From Amoeboaphelidium protococcarum X5 (Eukaryota > Fungi > Aphelidiomycota): a DNA stretch of 64,000 nt. Position 1 is the first letter of the stretch. Each line of letters begins with the position of its first letter. Where the stretch lies: NCBI GenBank assembly GCA_023515725.1, contig JALDTO010000251.1, positions 496,001 to 560,000 on the forward strand. The letters run 5' to 3'. Below the pieces are notes generated by a model. It made no database searches. It saw only the letters and a program-made list of their open reading frames with translations, and was not told the DNA's origin. Shown here in pieces: positions 25,984 through 38,275 of this stretch. The translations under genes and the position numbers were made by a program.

Positions 25984-26443
25984 TCAATAGAAGTAACCCA
26001 GGATCTTACCACCAGCGTGCTTACGTCTAGCCTCTTCGTGATCCATAATACCAGCATCAGTGGTGAAGATGAGGTAGCCAAACTGACGGGATGGCAGCAA
26101 GTTGTTCACCCACTTCTCAATATCCTTCACCTGGACAGAGTAACGAGGAGAAATGACACCAGCCTTGTTGAGACGACCGTTCAGCTGCACCACAATCTTG
26201 TTAGAGCGATGATCATCGATAATCTCAAACTCGCCAATATATCCTACACTTAGTGCTTAAAATACAAATTATAGATTAATTATAAATGTACAAAACAATT
26301 CTAATCTTACCGTGCTTTTGCATGACTGACAGAAACTTGACAATCACCTTGGATGATGGACGGATCATCACCTATCTCTTGCCTCTCTTCTCGGCATTGC
26401 ACATGGCATTCAAGCAATCATTTAATACGCTAATACGGACCAT
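25984..26443 (-). CDS. RPS15A: 40S ribosomal protein uS8 (S15a/S22); intron 26244-26310
   Basis: [11 protein letters not shown]...[18 protein letters not shown] (Q=TAG)...[14 protein letters not shown]...LLPSRQFG...[16 protein letters not shown] intron of 67 nt. Confidence 0.98.
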
Positions 26444-26990
26444 TTTGTTATAATTTTGTTAAAATCTACAATCAACGATGATGACAAGGATTAGCGTCTA
26501 CATTTTACATGATGAGAACGCATCTTCAAAGGGGTGTGACTGGTTAAATGAGTGCTTGTACTTCACAAGTGCAGTCAGCCCAAAGAAGTCTATGTTGTAG
26601 TAGATTGATGATTTAGAAATTACGCGTATAAAATGCAATTCTAAATTCTAATCATTGATCCTCACACTCGTACCCAACGCCAAACAACCACCTTATAAAG
26701 ACGCGTGCATTCAGATCATACCTATAATTGTATTTCAAGAGTTTATACCAATTTCCTTAATACTACCTATAGGAATACTCTAAAGATTCCTCTGGTAAGC
26801 GGAAGCAAAAGATTCAGCGATGACAACGGTTAAGGTTGCATTTAAAGATGCGAACGCGAGCGATCAGTTTGACGCGAAATGAAAAGCGGTTTACTGCAGT
26901 GAAGCACCAACCACATATAGTAGTTGCGACAAGCTAAAAAGTGAAATGCTCTAGTTTTATACCAGAAATATATTCAAGTGATTAACAAGA

Positions 26991-27827
26991 TCATTCGTGA
27001 GTAAAATTTGGCTTCCTCTTCTCCACGAAAGCCTTCATTCCTTCAGCGCGATCCTTGAATCCAAAGGTGGACTGGAACAGACGTCTCTCATACTGCAGTC
27101 CTTGTTACAACCCAGCGACATCATAGCTGTAATTCACAGCTTCTTTAGCCATCATCAGGATTGGAACAGATTGTTGGGCAATCTTCTCGGCCATCTTGGT
27201 AGCTTCCTTCATCAGTTCGGCCTGAGGAAACACAGCAGTCACCAAATTTCTCTACATGGCCTCCTGCGCAGTCATGTTCTGACCACTTAACACCAACCAC
27301 ATGGCATTACTCTTGCCAACACTCTAGCACAATCGCTACGTGCCACCAGCACCAGGAATAGTTCCCAACTTGATCTCAGGCTGTGAGAATATTGCATTAT
27401 CCGAAGCGACTATGATATCGCACATCATTGCCAATTCACATCCACCACCAAGAGCGAATCCAGAGACGGCGGCAATCAGAGGCTTACGGAACTGGGTGAC
27501 ATTGGACCAGTGAGCGAGAAAGTTACTTTTGTAATTGCGAGGCAAGTTAGTGTCAGCCATCTCCTTAATATCAGCACCAGCGGCGAATGCTCTATCACTG
27601 CCAGTCAGGATCGCTACATGCACATTATCGTCCTTGTCGAAAGACTTCAAAGCCTGGTCAACTTCGCGCATCAAACCATCACACAGAGCATTCAACTGCT
27701 TCGGACGGTTCAGCTGAATTACACCAACCTTCTTGTCAGCATGCACATTTGAAATGATGTATTGATAATTAGAGCTAGAAGCTTAGCTGGTGTACAGTCT
27801 AACAGAACGCTTGATGATGCTCTACAT
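26991..27827 (-). CDS. ECHS1: Mitochondrial short-chain enoyl-CoA hydratase
   Basis: [53 protein letters not shown] (Q=TAG), [14 protein letters not shown]. Confidence 0.95.
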
Positions 27828-28195
27828 TGTTCGACTACAGTAGTTTTGTAAATTGTTGGCAACAAAAGCAATCTGCAAAAAACGTTCTGCAAACTATTCG
27901 GCGTTCAGAAACGTTGTGCGATTATCTCAGTATGAAAGTACTGTACACTAAATCGTGCACTAAGGTTTGCCTAATTTTAGCCCCAAAAGAGAAATTTAAG
28001 CAACAAATGAAACGTGACTAAACATGTCATGCATGCAAAGGTCTAACATTCAGTTATCAAGCGTTAGCGGTGCAAAGGTTCAATCTTTCGGGATGGTATT
28101 ATAAAAGTCGCGCATTGCTCATACTCAAAAATAGCTGATTGAAGTGGTCAAAGCATACGCGCGTTCTCTTTTTCTCTTTAATTTTCAAATCAAAC

Positions 28196-29938
28196 ATGTC
28201 GAGCGACGGTTTACGAATTTGGTATTCTCTTGTGCAGGCTGATGGCACACCATTCAGCAATTCTACCGCCGATAAGGTGTATGTGAAATCCACTGATGAC
28301 ATTGCCGACCTCCGCAAAGCAATTAAGGCAGAGAATGAGAATAAACTGGCCAAAGTCGATTCGTCGGATTTGAAAGTATTCAAAAACTAAGCCGAGCTGA
28401 GTGGCGAGCCTTTGGATGAAGAGATTCTTATCACTGATCTTGAAGAGGCAGGAAAGAAGAAGATGAGTGCTTTGCTGGTATTGATTCCAGAATCTCATGT
28501 GTCTAGCCGCTTGTCTCCAGATACAAGCCTGGCATCTACTGCCAAACGGTAAAGGTTGGATGAATTGTCGTCGCGCTTAAAATCGTTTGTGAATGCAAAA
28601 CTGATTGATTAGTGTATCTCATCAGGATATAATGCGTACCTGCCGATTCTGGATGAAAAAATTCAACGATTGTTTGTGCGGAAATGTTATGAAGATGTAT
28701 TTGGATTGTTACTGGAGGGGATCGTCGCCGGTGTAACGTGGTTTGGTATTTCAGGAACACCAGGAATAGGAAAATCGCTGTTCTTCATATACATCCTATT
28801 TCGTATTATGAACGACGACTCTCCATGGAAACCAAAGCGCATAGTTTATCAAAAGGGTGATGAGTTTGAATGCTATGACTTGGAGAATCACGATGTTGTT
28901 GGGCCTACTGACGGTTCCGTGATTACCAACCTTATATGTCGATCAGACACCCTATACGTTGCTGATGGGCGCGATACACGTCCTCGGATGTCGGCCTGCA
29001 TCACTCTCTTCATATCCTCTCCTCGCTCGGACCACTTCAAGGGTTTTGTCAAGCAGCAGAGGGCTACCGTGTGTTATTTCCCGGTTTGGACTTTGGAGGA
29101 ATTATCAGTCTGTCGTCAGAAGTGCTATCCTTTGTTTCCCCCAGACGTACTTGCTGAACGTTTTCGCATATATGGAGGAGTGGCAAGGTTCGCGTTTTAT
29201 GATTTTAAGGCCGGTGTACCGTATGTTAGAGAGGACCCGAGTGAAATGGAGGCTGCACTTGGTGACGCAGATGCTGTAAAAAGTCTGCGCGCTGTTGGTG
29301 CACCAAGCAAGATGTTTGAGACCACTCATACTTTGTTGCACATGATAGTTGGGGAGAGACAGGGGTTTCCGTATCGATTTCTGTTTGTTGATATTGCATC
29401 AAAGTATGTTGGAGAACAGCTCTGGGATCGCCATTACGAAGAAATGATAGCCAATCTAAGAGCCATGATCGGTGGCATGCCAGATGAAATCTCAAGACAT
29501 TTGTTTGAAATTTAAAGTCATCGGATATTTTCAAAGGGTGGAATGACGTTGAAGTGTCGCAACTTGGAAGATGATACTGAGTCAGAACTTGAGCTGGATA
29601 AACTGAGTGGAGATCGAACTTCGATGGGGAAAAACAATCTCCCATCACCACCTCTGATATCTTACTACGAGCCTACCGACGATGATCAGTTTCCTGCTGT
29701 CGATTCTATTAGCAAATAGGGAATGTTTCAATTTACCGTCGGTGCCGAACATCCTATACGTGGCGTTCGAGTTCTAAAACAGCTGTGTGGGTTATACGAC
29801 GATCCAAAGTTGTATTTTGTGGTGCCTCCTCATCGCTTTGCCAAGTTTTAGAAGCAGAAGTTTCTGGATAAACAAGGTAGTACACAAGTAATTGCAGTTC
29901 CGGGATTGAAACAATATGTGCTTCAACTTGAAGTGTGA
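28196..29938 (+). CDS. Crinkler (CRN)-type protein: ubiquitin-like header + P-loop NTPase + PD-(D/E)xK-like nuclease (580 aa)
   Basis: Header DDIADLRKAIKAEN...VDSSDLKVFKN...ALLVLIP, Walker A GTPGIGKS, YVADG, SSP, PVWTLEEL, YGGVARF, LFE, and C-terminal FPAVDS...FQFTVGAEHPI...LYFVVP...QYVL. Confidence 0.88.
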
Positions 29939-30739
29939 TCGTTGCAATAAATACAATGTTTATAAACGCCTGGAGTGATGAATTAATTCGCGATCTTCAT
30001 TTGTCAGTATTTCAGTTTGGCATAGAGAGTGCAGGTATTTCCACACTTCCGTTACTAAATATGTATTGCTATGTGTGTATCCTCAGCCTCTCATTCCTAT
30101 ATCTAATCGTAATTTGCTGTCGGGTCCAGTAATGCTCCATATGCAGTGGTGCTCTTTATGCAGTGCTTGCTATCGCGCTCATTACATTTAGATTCGAAAG
30201 AGGATTTCGCTAATTCGAAATTTTCGATAGTGGCAATGCAAGACTGACTACAGTAGATAATGGACACAATATTGCTCATTTCGCTCCAGCTGGAGGCTTC
30301 ATACTTGACATTATGACTTACACTATTACATGTCTGGAGGCTGAAAACAGAAGAGTTATTAGGCAATGACAAATCCCCGTCTTCTTCCTGTCTTAAACAC
30401 CAGCTTTGAGTGAGTAGTGGGAATCGACAGCTCTTCCCACCGTCAATTTTGACACCAAATTGGATTGCTCTACTGAAAGCGACTCGGACTTCTGGCTTAC
30501 CTTAAATGCAATATTTTTGAAAATTTGATAGATTTATTTTAGTTCTATCTATGAAATCTGTTTTTGACGTACGGTGCTACTTTAGTTGAAGCTGGTTTTC
30601 ATTGCTTGAATCTTTCGTCTTTCTCAACGTCGGGCATTTCCCTTTTCGCTTGTTAGTTTTCGCCTAATATTAAGTGAACTTGACTTTTCTCAAATTAGCT
30701 CTTGTAAACATTCTGAGTATATTTTAACTAGTCAAAGTT

Positions 30740-32053
30740 ATGACTGTGAACGATATTATACTGGCAGCGAGAAGCGCAGGAGACTGGAAAAAGTGTAAAG
30801 CTGCTTATGAAAAGATTGTGTCTGATGAGCAGTAGAGCGACAGTGTGAGGGAGTAGGCATTACTTGAATTGGCTCAGCTGCTTGCTGATAATAAAGCTAC
30901 TGCTGACTTGGTCCATTTGGTTGAACAGGTTCCTCAACAGTATACTAGTATGTCCAAGGCCAAGTTGTCAAAGATCATTCGCTCACTGGTCGATATCCTG
31001 GCTGCCACGGGGGAACACAGTGCAGTCATTGAAACTGTATAAAAGTTGATCGCCTATGCCAATAAGGAGAATTTCCAGTTTCTAACTAGAGCTCTGGAGA
31101 CAAAGTTGATCTCCATCTATTTGGAGTCTCTGCGCTACAGCGAAGCTCTTGCACTGATCAATGACTTGCTGAAAGTTCTAAAGAAGCTTGATGATAAACC
31201 AGCGTTGGTGGATGTATTTCTTCTGGAGAGCAAGTGCTTCTTGCAGCTGAGAAATCTGCCAAAGGCTAGAGCATCGCTGACCAGTGCCAGGACCAGTGCT
31301 AATGCCATCTATTGTCCACCAGAATTGCAAGTGGAATTGGATAAGTAATCCGGTACCTTGCACGCCGAAGAACGTGATTACAAGACTGCGTACTCTTACT
31401 TCTACGAGGTTGCTGAAGGAGCTTTCGGTAATGGTGATTAAGATAATGCTGTACTGGGTGTCAAGTACATGATATTGGCCAAGATTATGTTGCAGGAGGT
31501 GGATGACGTTACCAACATTGTGAATGGTAAGATTGCCAACAAGTACAAGTCCACTCATATTGAGGCCATGCAGGCTATTTCTTCAGCTAGTAAGTAGCGC
31601 TCTCTGCATTCATTTACGGATACTATATAAAAGTATCCATAAGAGCTGCAGGCTGATATTTTGGTGAAGAATCATCTGCAGAAGCTGTATGAAATGCTGC
31701 TTACTTCTCATATCCTGAGAGTGGTTGAGCCGTATAGTAGAGTGCAGATTTCTCATGTGGCCAAGTTGATTGGTCTTGACCACGCTCTGATTGAGAGAAA
31801 GTTGTCCATGTTGATTCTGGATGGAGAGTTGAAAGGCGTTCTGGATCAGTCAGATGGCACGCTGGTGATGTTTGAAGATGACGTGGCTGCTGCTGCTGAT
31901 CAAACAGCAAAGAAGTCTGCAAATAATAATAATGCTGAAGAGTTGGGTGGCGATCAAGGCATTGAACTGTATGAGAATGTGCTTTTGGCATTGAAAGAGC
32001 TGGATGGTGCTGTAGATTCTCTGTTTCTCAAAAGCAAACTATTGCGCGCTTGA
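30740..32053 (+). CDS. RPN6: 26S proteasome lid subunit Rpn6
   Basis: [46 protein letters not shown] (Q=TAA), [12 protein letters not shown] domain [10 protein letters not shown]...[10 protein letters not shown]. Confidence 0.96.
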
Positions 32054-32220
32054 GCAGATGCATGTGTGATTTAAAAAATTTACGTTACCTCCCCTTCCAT
32101 CACCTTTTTACTTGCTCGTTTTTTGTCATGTCTACTGACTGTTGACGGGGTTTTCAGCACTTCATCGATTTTAGGGGGTCAAATGGGTTGTCAGAACGAA
32201 AAAAATTTCCGTCTCCTCTT

Positions 32221-33012
32221 ATGAACATCAACAGCATTATACTACGAGCTATGATATCTTTTGCTTTTGGTGCATTGTGTCTGATTAAGGCCATTTAAGG
32301 TCTTGGCGTTTCCACTGAAAAAGAGCCTCCAGTATTGCCTTTGCATTTCAACGCCACCCTGCTCAAAATTGGTACCGAGTCGAGTGCATCTCCTTCCAGG
32401 TGGACCAAGACTTATTACGCTTACAATGAAAAGAAACCGTTGGAAAGTTATCATCGATTTGATTTCTATGATCACTATCTGAATTTAGACAATAAGTGGA
32501 ACATGGTGTGCTCTATAATATTTCGTGATGGTGTAACTTACTCTCTGTTTCCTACAACCACCACTTCAGATAAGGAGGTGGTGCGTGATGTTGAAGGCAA
32601 ATCTGCTGAATAATAATAATCAAAATAAGATCCTGAGTGTTACATGTCTCATTCTTTCCTGCCAGTTCTGGCTCCTAATTGGCTCCAAGGTGCAGTGTTT
32701 GAGGGAGTGCAAGAGTTTAGGGGTGTACAGGCAGAGAAGTGGCGTCTGGGCGAAGTGGGTGATGGTGACACTGTGTACGAGTATTCCACGACGGCCACAG
32801 CTCTGGATGGCCAACAGCTGCGTATTCCGCTGAGAACGACCAATTAGGCAAATGATCCGGGCGCCACCGACTGGTTTGACTTTACGATCGGCCCGCAGAG
32901 CGACGCGTTGTTCCAGTTGCCAAAGAGCTGTCAGAATGAAACCGTTGTGAGGCCTGACAGGAAAGGGTGTCCTCCAGATTTTGATGAGGTCAACTTGATC
33001 TTTTAGCATTGA
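32221..33012 (+). CDS. Secreted/lysosomal ependymin/LolA-fold-like protein (263 aa)
   Basis: Hydrophobic N-terminus, PPVLPLHFNA start, C..., LPVLAPNWLQGAVFEG, W, and C-terminal FQLPKSC typical of this fold. Start may be 32251. Confidence 0.6.
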
Positions 33013-33212
33013 GAATATGTTTGATTGATATCGGGTATTCGGTGGATCTATTACCTGACAATCTTAGTACCATCTTAACTAAGGTGACTGAGTTGATAAA
33101 GTAAACCAGTAATAAATTTAGTAATTTATAAGATTTCGTGACTAGATAAGAGCAAATCTTTGATTTTCTCCGTATAGAATCAGTTTGACACAGCGATTGC
33201 GATAGCGATACG

Positions 33213-34378
33213 ATGATCAGAGTAGAAGACGCAACAACAGCCACGCGTCTAGTCAATAATGTTGACTTGATCCTTTTCGATTGTGATGGTATTAATATGT
33301 TGAATATACCCGATGAATATTATATTATTAACTTGAATAAATGTAGGCGTGATTTGGAATGGCAACAAATTGATTGATGGAGCTAAAGACGTCATGTTGA
33401 TGCTCAGATCGCTAGTATGATTGACACTTAGTATGGTGAATGTATATTACTAACAATCCATAATACCATATGTAGAATAAGAAACTGATTTTCGTCTCAA
33501 ATAATAGTACCAAGAGTAGAAGAGATTATATGAAAAAGTTCAAAATGCTTGGTCTGGATTTTGTAGAGGAGACAGACATCTTTAGTTCTGCTTTCGCAAC
33601 TGCATATTACATTAAAAAGCACGTCCGTCCTTACTGTCTGACCAATTAGTCTTCTCTTACTCATTCAAGTCAAGAGTAGAATAGTCATCATGATATTAAT
33701 AAGAAGGTTTTCGTAATAGGCGAGAGTGGCCTGATTGATGAGTTGCATGCAGAGGGTATACCCACCGTTACAATGGCCGATATAAGTGCTAGTAGAGTGG
33801 ATTCTAACAATGAATTGCACGAATTTTCACCTCATGAATTTGATTTAATCAAGCCGGATCCCCAAGTTAATGCTGTGGTTGTTGGTGCAGACTTTAATCT
33901 GAGCTATCGAAAGATTGCCCAGGCGCATATGTATCTGCGTTACAACCATCTGGTGGCGTAATGTCCTGGAGATGGTTCTTCGCCTTCGACAATAGCAGCA
34001 GAACCGTGCCATTACTTTGCCACCAATACCGATGCTTAGTACCCAACTGGATAATATCTATTCCCCGGAACAGGTTGTGCGGTTAATGCTATAAGTACTG
34101 CTATTGGACGCGAGCCTGATCATATTTTTGGTAAGCCTCATGCCACTATGTTAGATTGTATTCTAGAAGAGTTGGAGGAGACATAAAATCTTCACGTGGA
34201 TAGAAAACGTTGTCTTATGGTCGGCGATCGTCTTGATACTGATATTGCATTTGGTCAACACGGTGGAGTGAAGACTCTGCTGGTAATGAGTGGTGTCACT
34301 GATGAATAGACACTGATGAATGCAGGTAATCTGCAGCCAGATTTCGTTGCCTCTAGCCTAAAGTCTTTATTACACTGA
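33213..34378 (+). CDS. HAD-IIA phosphatase (phosphoglycolate/p-nitrophenyl phosphatase, PHO13-like); introns 33289-33346 and 33415-33475
   Basis: FDCDGVIW, VSNNSTKSR, ATNTD, PGTG, GKP, MVGDRLDTDIAFG, LVMSGV. Intron 2 has a TACTAAC branch point. Confidence 0.93.
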
Positions 34379-34520
34379 TACTGATAGATTTGTACTGGAT
34401 TATATAAAGTGAGATAAATAGTTTAAACTAAAAGATTGTGAAGAGATTAGAGATTGAATACAACTATTTAAATCTTTCAATTAGTTATGATGATTCAATA
34501 GAGGTAGAGTAATTGTTAGC

Positions 34521-36125
34521 TCAATGCAGTTTGACGGTAGAGTACAGTAGCATGTAAGCCATGTGCCAGTCTCCACCACCGCACAGTTTAACGACATCAT
34601 CTTCAGACACTTTGGACACGACATCGTCATCAAACTTGTGCCATACTCCACTATCACTATCATCGCTACTACCAGGAACAGCTGCAGCCTGATCACGTAC
34701 CCATGCCATGTAATGACCAGAGTCTGCCGAGCGTCCAATGTGAGTCAGAACGGCAGAGAGTTAATAAATGCCATGATGATTGGCGCCATCATCGCTGCTC
34801 AACATTGCCACCATCGAGGGGTCCTACTTGAGATCATCCAAAGTCTTTATGCCAAGACTCTTATAATCTGGTCTAGTCTATGTGAATGGCTTACCGCTCT
34901 TCAAAGCACGTTCCTTTTCCAACTTTAAATCCGATCTTGCCCTCAGCTGTGCCTTTACAACTTCTCTCAATTACAGTACTTCGTTATTATTTCCACCACT
35001 ACCACCACTACTAGTACTACTACCACTATCCATGAATTCAAACATATCCAATTCTAGAGGAAACTTGACTGCGCGCATAATCTTGGCCTTCACATTGCTG
35101 CCAACCTTCCAAAAGAATCTAACCATGTTCACGGTGAGGTAGTGTGGACACTTGGTCAGACGACCCACCTTCTGCCATTCCTGTCCTCTCATCTCAACCG
35201 TCTCCTTTAAAGATGACTCTATGGACTGCTGCAGATTATTCGTGGTACCGGTGATGTGACAGGCGAGCTTTGTAAAAGTGTCCATCCTATACTCCTCCTC
35301 ACCCGTTGGCGACTTGAGAGTATACTTCACACTGCCCGTCATGTACTTATTTACAAATTCACCCACGGCACCACCATGAGCCATCAAAGCACCTGTTATA
35401 GAGCCGAAACACTCCTCAGCATCTTATTGAGAGTAATGCTGAGTGGCCATCCCCTTCGCCACGGCCACCTGACGCTCAGCTCCACTCAGAGACTCCTAAT
35501 GGGCAAACTGAGGATTATACATGCGCAGAGCATTCAGAAAGAAGAGTGGAGTCAACTTGGCTTCTCTCTTTTGATTCATGACGCTACCACCTACTGATGC
35601 AATAGAACCAGCGGGAGACATTTAATTAAATAAATCCCTCATACTGTCCACCAGCATCTTGGTAGTCTAGTTGTTGTTGTTACTACCACTACCACTACCA
35701 TTGCTAGCCTAATTCAGAGCAGATTTCAACTCGGGCATACATGATAGACACTACAACACGGAATTCATATAACAAGTATTGCCCAGATTGACCAGGCCAG
35801 GCGGAAGATTCTCAACCACTGTAGCAATCTCACTATCACTCAAATCTTCGATGAATGTAACCTTCTACACCTCACTCTCATTCAACCGCTTCTCTGCCGG
35901 AGTTCCCATCATCATGAAAGTATCACCATCCTTAATCTTGGCATTAGTCAGATCAGTATCATCTTTCAGCTAACCGACACCTTTAATCAAAATCTTCTAA
36001 CGCTCCACCTCAACTCCAGTCAGAGAATACAAGACACCTTTGAACTCCAATGCACCACTCTCATTCAAGTTCAACTCCAGATCATCAAACTTTTTACCGC
36101 TCCACTTTACACTAACCTTGACCAT
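34521..36125 (-). CDS. UBP6: Proteasome-associated deubiquitinase Ubp6/USP14
   Basis: UBL VSVKWSGKKF...ERQKILIKG...MMGTP, GLVNLGNTCYMNSVLQ, QQDAEEC, VRFFWK, THIGRSADSGHY, LCGGGDWHMAY. Several conserved Q are TAA/TAG. Confidence 0.96.
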
Positions 36126-36474
36126 AATTATACAATCAGATAAAGATTATTTCTATACTGAAATTTATCGTCGATTTCTGAGGACTAAAATGCACCTCAC
36201 TAAACAGACAGTGAATGTAATGAACAAATTAAACAGACACGAAGTTCCTTTAGAGAAGAGAAAAGGGAGAGAGAGAGAGAAACGGGCGAAACAGAACTGA
36301 AACGCGACGATATTTTACACTGCGAGGAATAGCAACGACGAAGAAGAAGAGATTACGGGAGAGAACTAAGAACACTGAAAGAAACGCGTTAAAGTTCTTT
36401 TCTCATTTCCAGATAGATAGCGGTTTTACCAGTATACAGTGATAGCCTAAATTTGATATTAAAGTAAAGCAGTG

Positions 36475-38172
36475 ATGGAGCACCTGATAAATCTGTTCAA
36501 GAATATAGAGAGCGATCGGTAGTTACTCAATCTATTGGATAAATCTGCTTCTGTGGATGGATATATTTCAGTGGGCGATCTGATGAAATTGGACTAGGTA
36601 AGGAGTAACTTTAAATCTGCATAGTAATTGCGTTAATGCATACTGCATCCAGATGGTGGTAAACATGAGGATAATATTGAAGTCTAATTTCATTATGATA
36701 AAGCTACAGATTGCATTAAATATCTACCCATTGGCGGCGTGAATGATTATTAAAAGCTGTGTACTGAAATCTAGTTTGCGCGTAACTCTATTTACATTGA
36801 AGGTTTTCCACGTAAATGGACTAGATACGCGTTGAAGTTTATGCTCGAGACTGTACTGGGATGTTCTAATAGGATTGCACATATTCAAATTGAATACGTT
36901 CAGCCCAAGAATGACTATGATGGTAATAGAAGTAATTGTAGTGATACAAAGCATGGTAGAAGTAGCGATCAAAAGTAGTAGGTATCAGAGTCTGTGAGTA
37001 ATACCGCTGTTAAAAGAGCACTGAATAAAGGATTCGCGTTTATTGAATTTACAGATTAATATCTGGTGGATGAGTGTCTGGAATTGTTCAAGCCCGCTGA
37101 TGCTGATTAGAATACTCAATAGTAATCTACTCAGATTTACGCTAAAGAGACTTTGGATAGAGTGTAAGAGTGGATTCACAAACTTGACAAGCTGTAATCT
37201 GATAAAGAGCCGTCAGACGTTGAATTATTGACAGAATTGTAATAGTCATTGTAACCGGAGGAGCTAATAATAATTGCTCGAATGATGAAAGTTCGCGTAA
37301 TAAAAAAGTCTACATGGTCTCTGTTGAAGCGGCAGTATCTGGATTATTAGCTGTATAAGCGGTGTTAATAACGTGTGTTGCAGCAGATGAAGAATCATCA
37401 TGATGATAATACAAGTCGCCTTACCACTGGTATTGGTGATTATACTTCAGCCACTACTGTCTAGAATCTGTCCACCATCGACTTTGTCAAAGATACAATT
37501 GTACTTGCATACGAGATTCCATTGAAGATGTTTAAGAAGGTGGCGATTGCAGAGTCTGTGATGAAGGCTCTCAAAACTGAATCCAAAGATTGCATTGCCT
37601 ACATTGATATGAATCCGACCGAATAGTTGTCGTGTTACATCAGATTCTCTCATCCCGCTTACACTAAGCAAATTATTGATTCCTAGTAGCAATCAGAGTA
37701 ATAGAATGAAGATTCTCTGCCGTTTAAAGTGCGCCTGCTCACTGTGGATGAAGAGTTGAGAGAGTGGACTCGCATTGTCAATGAGCGTAAGGCGAAGCGC
37801 GTAGTGGCTGAAAAGTATAGCAAAGACAGCATTTACAGTTCCAAGGCTCTCAAATCTTCTACATCTAATCATTAGACCAAGTAGTAGTAGTAGTAGCCAT
37901 CCAAATCTAGTGGTAAGAAGTAAAGTGACTCGAAAGGTGCTACTGGTAACAAGTCTGCTGTTACTGATTTGAACGTTGGCAAGTAAAATTCTAAAAGTGG
38001 GTAAAAGTAAAAGATCAAGACCGCGTCTAATGCAGTATATAAACAAGAAGATAAGGAAGAGCAGGAAGAGGAAGATGTTGTGGGTGATGGTGAAGCTCTT
38101 CTCACTTTTATGAAAAGACCCACTGATCAAGATGTTGTGCAGGGAGATATTAAAAAGTTGAAGATGAAATGA
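36475..38172 (+). CDS. La-related protein, LARP7/p65/Pof8-like (La motif-RRM-xRRM; 565 aa)
   Basis: Degenerate La motif DGYISVGDLMKLDQVR, RRM1 SIYIEGFP...KGFAFIEF, xRRM IAYID...CYIRF...LLTVDEELREWTRI, basic tail. Confidence 0.75.
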
Positions 38173-38275
38173 GTTACTGCACTTTGAAATCAATGCATTC
38201 TATATTTTTCAGTTTAATTTAGTATATTCACTATTCTACCAGGTTATCTGAGTTAATTTTGGTGGAATATAATCA

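Noticed and set aside
30103-30372. Ser-rich minus-strand ORF downstream of the CRN gene
   Set aside because: No ATG start identified and no motif.
37447-38193. Minus-strand ORFs of 81-166 aa
   Set aside because: Antisense to the LARP7-like gene.
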